64,000 nt of DNA, taken from the NCBI RefSeq assembly GCF_041886205.1, contig NZ_CP169029.1. The stretch is one strand, 5' to 3'. The stretch is from Escherichia coli (GTDB lineage: Bacteria; Pseudomonadota; Gammaproteobacteria; Enterobacterales; Enterobacteriaceae). How positions within the stretch are numbered: position 1 is the first letter of the stretch; the number at the start of each line of letters is the position of its first letter. The translations under genes and the position numbers were made by a program. This document shows positions 53,711-64,000 of this stretch, piece after piece. Below the pieces are notes generated by a model, which did not search any database, had not been told where the DNA came from, and was given only the letters and a program-made list of their open reading frames with translations.

Positions 53711-56700
53711 TTACTCGTCTTCCAGTTCGATGTTGATACCCAGCGAACGAATCTCTTTCAACAATACGTTGAAGGATTCTGGCATGCCCGGCTCCATCTG
53801 ATGGTTGCCGTCCACGATGTTTTTATACATCTTGGTACGACCGTTCACGTCATCAGACTTAACGGTGAGCATTTCCTGCAGGGTGTATGCTGCGCCGTAT
53901 GCTTCCAGCGCCCACACTTCCATCTCCCCGAAACGCTGACCACCGAACTGTGCCTTACCACCCAGCGGCTGCTGAGTAACCAGGCTGTAAGAACCGGTGG
54001 AACGCGCGTGCATCTTGTCGTCGACCAGGTGGTTCAGTTTCAGCATGTACATGTAACCAACGGTTACCGGACGCTCGAACTGTTCACCAGTGCGACCATC
54101 GTACAGGCGGATCTGACCAGAAGTCGGCAGGTCGCCAAGTTTCAGCAGCTCTTTAATTTCTGCTTCTTTCGCACCGTCGAACACCGGCGTTGCGATTGGC
54201 ATACCTTTGCGCAGGTTTTCAGCCAGACGCATAACTTCTTCATCGCTGAAGGTACTCAGGTCAACTTTCTGACGAACGTCAGCGCCCAGATCGTACGCAC
54301 GCTGGATGAATTCGCGCAGTTTCGCGACTTCCTGCTGCTGTTTCAGCATGGCGTTGATCTTGTCGCCGATACCTTTCGCAGCCATACCCAAGTGGGTTTC
54401 GAGGATCTGACCGATGTTCATACGAGACGGTACGCCCAGCGGGTTCAGTACGATGTCTACCGGCGTACCGTTTTCATCGTAAGGCATATCTTCGATCGGG
54501 TTGATCTTAGAAATTACACCCTTGTTACCGTGACGACCTGCCATCTTGTCACCAGGCTGGATACGGCGTTTAACCGCCAGATATACCTTAACAATCTTCA
54601 GCACGCCCGGTGCCAGATCGTCGCCCTGGGTGATTTTGCGGCGTTTCGCTTCGAGTTTCTTCTCGAACTCGTGTTTCAGTTCGTCATACTGCTCAGCCAG
54701 CTGTTCCAGCTGATTTTGTTTCTCTTCGTCGGTCAGACCCAGCTCCAGCCAGCGATCGCGCGGCAGTTTGTCGAGCTTCTCAGCTTCAACGCCACCGGCT
54801 ACCAGCACAGCACGGATACGGCTGAACAGACCCGCTTCGAGGATCTGCAGTTCTTCAGACAGGTCTTTCTTCGCCTGTTTGAGCTGCATTTCTTCGATTT
54901 CCAGCGCACGTTTGTCTTTTTCTACGCCATCGCGAGTAAAGACCTGAACGTCGATAACCGTACCGGATACACCGTTTGGTACGCGCAGAGAAGAGTCTTT
55001 AACGTCAGACGCTTTCTCACCGAAGATCGCACGCAGCAGTTTTTCTTCTGGGGTCAGCTGGGTTTCACCTTTCGGCGTTACCTTACCAACCAGAATGTCG
55101 CCACCGGTTACTTCCGCACCAATGTAAACGATACCGGATTCATCCAGTTTGGAGAGCGCAGCTTCACCCACGTTCGGGATGTCAGCGGTGATCTCTTCTG
55201 GCCCCAGCTTGGTGTCACGGGACACACACGCCAGTTCCTGAATGTGGATGGTGGTGAAACGGTCTTCCTGAACAACACGCTCGGATACGAGGATGGAGTC
55301 TTCGAAGTTGTAACCATTCCACGGCATGAACGCTACGCGCATGTTCTGACCAAGCGCCAGTTCACCGAGGTCGGTGGACGGACCGTCTGCCAGCACGTCG
55401 CCACGTTCAACCGGTTCACCCAGAGACACACACGGCATCTGGTTGATACAGGTGTTCTGGTTAGAACGGGTGTATTTGGTCAGGTTGTAGATGTCGATAC
55501 CTGCTTCACCCGGATACATCTCGTCCTCGTTAACTTTGATAACGATACGGGAAGCATCCACGTACTGAACGACACCACCACGTTTAGCTACCGCAGTTAC
55601 ACCGGAGTCAACGGCAACAGCACGTTCCATACCAGTACCAACCAGCGGCTTATCAGCGCGCAGAGTCGGAACGGCCTGACGTTGCATGTTCGCACCCATC
55701 AATGCACGGTTGGCGTCATCGTGTTCCAGGAACGGGATCAGGGACGCACCGACGGATACCACCTGCTGGGTGGATACGTCCATGTAGTCAACCTGGTCGC
55801 GGCTGAACAAGCTGGATTCGCCTTTGCTACGGCAAGTTACCAGGTCTTCTACGAAGTGGCCTTCTTCATCCAGGTTGGAGTTCGCCTGGGCGATAACGTA
55901 GTTGCCTTCTTCGATAGCAGACAGGTAGTGAATTTCGTCAGTTACAACACCGTCGGTCACTTTACGATACGGAGTCTCAAGGAAGCCGTATTCGTTAGTC
56001 TGTGCGTACACGGACAGAGAGTTGATCAGACCGATGTTCGGACCTTCAGGGGTTTCGATTGGACATACGCGACCGTAGTGAGTCGGGTGTACGTCTCGAA
56101 CTTCGAAGCCTGCACGTTCACGGGTCAGACCACCTGGGCCGAGTGCGGAGATACGACGTTTGTGCGTAATCTCAGACAGCGGGTTGTTCTGGTCCATAAA
56201 CTGAGACAGCTGGCTGGAACCGAAGAACTCTTTCACTGCTGCGGAAATCGGCTTGGCGTTGATCATATCCTGAGGCATCAGGGTATCCAGATCGCCCAGA
56301 GACAGACGCTCTTTCACCGCACGCTCTACACGTACCAGGCCAACGCGGAACTGGTTTTCCGCCATTTCGCCAACGGAACGGATACGACGGTTGCCGAGGT
56401 GGTCGATATCATCGACTTCGCCTTTACCGTTACGGATATCGATGAGCTTTTTCATAACATCAATGATGTCGTCTTTGCTCAGGATACCGGAACCTTCGAT
56501 TTCTTCGCGCAGCAGAGAACGGTTGAACTTCATACGACCAACCGCAGACAGGTCATAACGGTCTTCGGAGAAGAACAGGTTCTCGAACAGGCTTTCCGCT
56601 GCTTCACGAGTCGGCGGCTCGCCAGGGCGCATCATGCGGTAGATTTCTACCAGTGCGCTCAGACGGTCGTTAGTTGGGTCGACACGTAAGGTTTCAGAGA

Positions 56701-57739
56701 TATATGGGCCGTGATCCAGATCGTTGGTGAACAGCGTTTCGATACGCTTGTGACCAGACTGGCTCAGCTTAGCCAGCAGATCCAGGCTCAGCTCCATGTT
56801 CGCTGCGCAGATCAGCTCGCCGGTAGACTCATCAATATAGTCTTTAGCAACCACTTTACCTGCGATGTACTCAACCGGGACTTCGATCAGTTTGACGTCG
56901 TCTTTTTCCAGCTGGCGAATGTGGCGCGCAGTGATACGGCGGCCTTTTTCTACGTACACTTTACCGTTAGCTTCGATGTCAAAAGATGCGGTTTCACCAC
57001 GCAGGCGTTCCGGCACCAGTTCCATCTGCAGCTTGTTATCACGGATTTCAAAGATAACTTTTTCAAAGAACAGGTCGAGGATCTGCTCTGTGGTGTAGTT
57101 CAGGGCACGCAGAATGATGGTCGCAGGCAGTTTACGGCGACGGTCGATACGTACGAACAGGTTGTCCTTCGGATCGAATTCGAAGTCCAGCCAGGAACCA
57201 CGGTAAGGGATGATGCGCGCGTTATACAGCACTTTACCCGAAGAGTGGGTTTTACCTTTGTCGGAGTCAAAGAAGACGCCCGGACTACGGTGCAGCTGGG
57301 AAACGATAACACGCTCAGTACCGTTGATAACAAAGGTACCGTTGTCTGTCATGAGCGGAATTTCGCCCATGTAGACTTCTTGTTCTTTAATGTCTTTTAC
57401 GGTGCCTTCCGGCGCTTCGCGCTCATAGATCACCAGACGCAGTTTAACGCGCAGCGGTGCGGAATAGGTCACGCCACGGATTTGACATTCCTGGACGTCA
57501 AACACCGGTTCGCCAAGGCGGTAGCTGACGTATTGCAGCTCGGAATTACCGCTGTAGCTCTGAATCGGGAATACGGAACGGAAAGCAGCTTCCAGACCAT
57601 ACTGCCCTTCAGGATCTTGCTCGATAAATTTCTGAAACGAGTCAAGCTGGATAGAAAGGAGATAAGGTACATCCAGAACTTGTGGACGTTTACCAAAATC
57701 CTTACGAATACGTTTTTTCTCGGTATAGGAGTAAACCAT
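53711..57739 (-). CDS. rpoB: RNA polymerase beta subunit
   Basis: 1342 aa from the ATG at 57739 ([17 protein letters not shown]). Rif cluster I reads [24 protein letters not shown], which looks like the wild-type sequence. Confidence 0.99.
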
Positions 57740-57987
57740 AGGGTTCCTCAGCTCGCTGACAAGTCGACCCATCTGTCCATTGAGCGGACAGTTTGTGCAA
57801 CACTATTTTGTTGACCGGAAAATGGAACACTTTCCGCAATGCCTGTTGCTATCACGCTTAAACCATTTCATTGCGATTTACACAGAACGGGCGTCCTGTC
57901 GCAGTATATTAAGTCGTCGATAGAAACAAGCATTGAAAGGCACAGCAGTAGTCAAACAGTGTGAAACGCTACTGGCGCCTTACAGCG

Positions 57988-58019
57988 CAAAAAGGCTGGT
58001 GACCAAAAAGTCACCAGCC
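57988..58019 (-). terminator. rplL-rpoB intergenic attenuator
   Basis: ggctggtgac-ttttt-gtcaccagcc hairpin followed by TTTTT on the minus strand, between rplL and rpoB. Confidence 0.85.
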
Positions 58020-58058
58020 ATCAGCCTGATTTCTCAGGCTGCAACCGGAAGGGTTGGC

Positions 58059-58424
<366 letters not shown>

Positions 58425-58490
58425 TTAAATTGTTCCTGAATATCAGAATAAGTTTATACGTAAGCGAATGCGTTAAAAAGATAACTGCGA

Positions 58491-58988
58491 TTAAGCAGCT
58501 TCTTTCGCATCGCGTACAGCAGCCAGAGTACGAACCAGTTTGCCAGCCGAAGCTTCTTTCATGGTTGCCATCAGGCGTGCAATTGCTTCTTCGTAGGTCG
58601 GCAGAGTTGCCAGGCGGTCGATCTGAGACGCCGGGATCAGCTCACCTTCAAAGGCAGCGGCTTTGACCTCAAATTTTGCATTCGCTTTCGCGAACTCTTT
58701 GAACAGACGAGCAGCAGCGCCCGGGTGTTCCATAGAGTATGCAATCAGGGTCGGACCAACAAACGCGTCTTTCAGGCACTCGAACGGAGTACCTTCAACA
58801 GCACGGCGCAGCAGGGTGTTACGAACAACACGCATGTATACGCCAGCTTCGCGACCTGCTTTACGCAGTTCAGTCATTTTATCTACAGTTACGCCACGGG
58901 AATCCGCAACTACTGCAGACAGCGCGCCTTTGGCTACTTCGCTGACTTCAGCAACAATCGCTTGTTTGTCTTGAAGATTTAAAGCCAT
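58491..58988 (-). CDS. rplJ: Ribosomal protein L10
   Basis: 165-aa ORF starting [32 protein letters not shown]. Confidence 0.99.
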
Positions 58989-59360
58989 TAGCTTTGCTCC
59001 TGGATGTTTGCCAGAGAAAATCTCTGGAACTCACTTCACTCCTCCAAACGGAGAGAGCGTCTTAATTACGGTGAGCAGAAACAAGCCAGAATATAAAAGA
59101 ATAATCTTAGCGTTCTGTCACCGTCTACGCAGGGGATTAAGTTTCTTGCGAAACTCCTGCGGTCTTCGACGGAGGCCTGGATAGGCCAGGCTCCAACGAA
59201 CAAATCTTTTCTATCCGTCGCTATTCAACTTGTGGCGGCGTTGGCTTCCTTCATTCGCACCAGTCACATAGTTAGCTATGCTCCTGGCGACTCACTCAGT
59301 TGCCGCCTTGCCACAACCCGAATATCTCGGATATACGTCTGCATTAAGCATTATACGTGG
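58989..59360 (-). promoter_or_regulatory. rplJ long 5' leader (L10-(L12)4 autoregulatory target) and PL10 promoter region
   Basis: A 412-nt non-coding spacer between rplA and rplJ. Assignment comes from established knowledge of rplJL translational feedback; I did not map exact motif limits. Confidence 0.55.
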
Positions 59361-59400
59361 GGGTAAGATTGTAGACAAAATCACCGCCCACGTAAAGGCA

Positions 59401-60600
<1,200 letters not shown>

Positions 60601-60695
60601 TTACGGGCAAGGCCCATAAAAACAAAAGGCGCGAAATTGTATTCCAATCTCACGCCTTGTGCAACGATTAAATCGCCGCTTTTTTGATCGCTGGG

Positions 60696-61241
60696 TTAGG
60701 CTTTTTCAACCTGGCTGAAGTCCAGCTCTACCGGGGTCGCACGACCGAAGATAGAAACAGACACTTTCAGACGAGATTTCTCGTAATCCACTTCTTCAAC
60801 AACACCGTTGAAGTCAGCGAACGGACCATCATTAACACGGACCATTTCACCCGGTTCAAACAGCGTTTTCGGACGCGGCTTATCACCAACCTGCTGCAGG
60901 CGGTTCATAATCGCATCGACTTCTTTATCGCTGATTGGCGCAGGACGATCGGAAGTACCGCCGATGAAGCCCATCACACGCGGTACGCTGCGCACCAGGT
61001 GCCAGCTCGCGTCGTTCATCACCATCTGAACGAGGACGTAGCCAGGGAAGAATTTACGTTCGCTTTTGCGACGCTGACCGCCACGGATTTCAACCACTTC
61101 TTCGGTTGGTACCATGACTTCACCAAACAAATCTTCCATGTTGTGTAATTTGATATGCTCACGCAGCGACGTTGCTACGCGGCCTTCAAAACCGGAAAAC
61201 GCCTGAACGACGTACCAGCGCTTTTTAGGAGCTTCAGACAT
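60696..61241 (-). CDS. nusG: Transcription elongation/antitermination factor NusG
   Basis: 181-aa ORF starting [22 protein letters not shown]. Confidence 0.99.
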
Positions 61242-61242
61242 C

Positions 61243-61626
61243 TCAGAACCTCAGGCCAGTGATAAAGGATACCAGGCGAACCAGAATACCATCCAGTCCC
61301 CACAGGATCAGTGACATTACTGCGGTAACCGCAGCCACAATCAGCGTGGTGTGCAATGTTTCCTGGCGAGTCGGCCAAATGACCTTACGGACTTCGGTAC
61401 GCGCTTCACGGGCAAAAGCAACGGTAGCTTTACCTTTTGTCGTTAACAGCGCGACACCACCCGCTGCAGCAATCAGAATTACTACGGCCAGCGCACGCAG
61501 CGGCAGCATAATGTCGCGATAAAGATAGTTGCCGACAATCGCCACCAGGAGCAATGCCACCACAACGACCCACTTCATCGCTTCCAGGCCGCGCCCGCTT
61601 CCTTGAGCTTCGGTATTCGCACTCAT
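61243..61626 (-). CDS. secE: Preprotein translocase subunit SecE
   Basis: 127-aa ORF with three hydrophobic segments, immediately upstream of nusG. Confidence 0.98.
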
Positions 61627-61796
61627 AAACCAACCTGTCAGAAGTTTTCTACAAACATTTTCACCCCGCGATCGCGAGGCAAACCAAATCGAAACGCGTA
61701 TTAGCTTTTCGGATTATACGCCCTCAACAGAGCCTGTCTCAGCAATGATTATGACAAAGAAAATCACTGATGAGCCAGGTTCTGGTACGAAAGCGT

Positions 61797-61825
61797 GCAA
61801 AAAGGGCATCAAATGATGCCCTTTT
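61797..61825 (-). terminator. tufB terminator
   Basis: gggcatc-aaat-gatgccc hairpin followed by TTTTT on the minus strand. Confidence 0.85.
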
Positions 61826-61855
61826 AGTGCGCATTGCGTCAAATGTTATCGGCAA

Positions 61856-63076
<1,221 letters not shown>

Positions 63077-63154
63077 TCACCACATCAACCAGGCAACATG
63101 CCCGACTTGTTGAATGCAATAAACAGAAGGAAAAAACAGGGAGGAGAAAAGAAG

Positions 63155-63230
63155 TGGTGCTGATAGGCAGATTCGAACTGCCGACCTCACCCTTACCAAG
63201 GGTGCGCTCTACCAACTGAGCTATATCAGC
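63155..63230 (-). tRNA. thrT: tRNA-Thr (GGU)
   Basis: Reverse complement gctgatatagctcagttggtagagcgcacccttggtaagggtgaggtcggcagttcgaatctgcctatcagcacca, 76 nt. Confidence 0.98.
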
Positions 63231-63236
63231 ACATCT

Positions 63237-63311
<75 letters not shown>

Positions 63312-63427
63312 ATCCTGGAACTCGGCTACCTGATTTTCATTCTGCACTGAATATCGAGAGAAGCTCTCTTTATTCGAGCCGGTAAGCGAACTTATCGTCT
63401 CGGGCTACGCCATCGCGTGGCCGAAAT

Positions 63428-63512
<85 letters not shown>

Positions 63513-63520
63513 GGACTTGA

Positions 63521-63596
<76 letters not shown>

Positions 63597-63610
63597 ATCA
63601 AGTAGCGCGC

Positions 63611-63660
63611 ATTCTATGGAGACATGCGAGTTCATGCAACTAAAAAATTGCATAATTTGT
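63611..63660 (-). promoter_or_regulatory. Promoter of the thrU-tyrU-glyT-thrT-tufB operon
   Basis: Minus strand TTGCAT (63639-63634), 17 nt, TAGAAT (63616-63611), then the GC-rich discriminator gcgcgc. An A/T-rich UP-like tract lies upstream. Confidence 0.75.
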
Positions 63661-63957
63661 TTTATTGGTCACATTTTATGCGACACGATGAAGAAACAGC
63701 CGAACGGAGGGCAGATTAGCACACTTTTTCAACATCATTGTGCTCAACAATGCGCTCCTGCTAAACCATAATTCTTTTTATCAGATGGAATATCTGTCAC
63801 ATTGCTTTTCAACGATAGCTTCCTGGCAGAGATTTTTTCTTATTATTCCTCCCCATCTGGTGTTACCCTCCTGCCCATTAACCCATTCAACAGAACTGTG
63901 ACGCGCCATGGCAAATATCGCTTTGCCGATAGAGCTATGACCGCCAGAAACATGCTT

Positions 63958-64000
63958 ATGAGTATAAAAGAGCAAACGTTAATGACGCCTTACCTACAGT
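63958..64000 (+). CDS. coaA: Pantothenate kinase, 5' end only (truncated by the window edge)
   Basis: ATG at 63958 followed by MSIKEQTLMTPYLQ, matching the CoaA N-terminus. Divergent from thrU as in K-12. Confidence 0.85.
   Translation, partial: MSIKEQTLMTPYLQ

Noticed and set aside
55900-56300. Checked rpoB rifampicin-resistance cluster I for mutations.
   Set aside because: The translated segment reads [27 protein letters not shown], which matches the wild-type sequence as I recall it. Nothing to report.
49537-57814. Very long antisense ORFs inside rpoC and rpoB (803, 513, 962 and 367 aa on the plus strand).
   Set aside because: They lie exactly opposite the highly conserved rpoB and rpoC reading frames. 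Their translations are low-complexity (rich in F, V, T, R, Q, H, N) with no recognisable motifs. Stop-free antisense frames are an expected by-product of strong codon bias in highly expressed genes.
63781-63975. 64-aa minus-strand ORF in the coaA-thrU spacer.
   Set aside because: It overlaps the coaA start and promoter region on the opposite strand. No RBS and no motif.

Overview
This window is Escherichia coli core chromosome. The gene order matches my recollection of the K-12 segment coaA / thrU-tyrU-glyT-thrT-tufB / secE-nusG / rplKAJL-rpoBC / yjaZ / thiCEFSGH / rsd / nudC-hemE-nfi-yjaG-hupA-yjaH / zraPSR / purHD / rrnE / yjaB-metA / aceBAK / arpA / iclR / metH / yjbB / pepE / rluF / yjbD / lysC / pgi / yjbE, presented in reverse orientation. 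Almost every long ORF is a recognisable housekeeping gene, and I read the rRNA, tRNA, riboswitch, REP/BIME, promoter and terminator elements directly from the sequence. Two differences from K-12 gene content stand out. (1) About 3.3-3.5 kb of accessory DNA lies between lysC and yjbD (roughly 4.34-7.89 kb). It carries an AT-rich zeta-toxin-family P-loop kinase with an N-terminal extension (EzeT-like). Convergent to that gene is a translationally coupled operon encoding a soluble SPFH/Band-7 protein and a Pol-beta-superfamily nucleotidyltransferase (RlaP/COG3541-like), preceded by a non-coding element with a canonical tRNA T-arm. This combination matches a computationally predicted SPFH + NTase + tRNA-like RNA conflict/repair module that, to my knowledge, has never been tested experimentally. 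It is the most interesting region in the window. (2) yjaA is absent between rrfE and yjaB while arpA is present, which is informative for phylogroup. Smaller observations: a Tyr-to-Cys change inside the conserved GGR[FY]S motif of pgi, a 38-bp near-perfect palindrome in the purHD leader, and the AT-rich arpA and yjaZ loci. I found no CRISPR array, IS element, integrase or prophage. All calls rest on reading the sequence and the ORF translations and on recalled family knowledge; I ran no database search or folding program.
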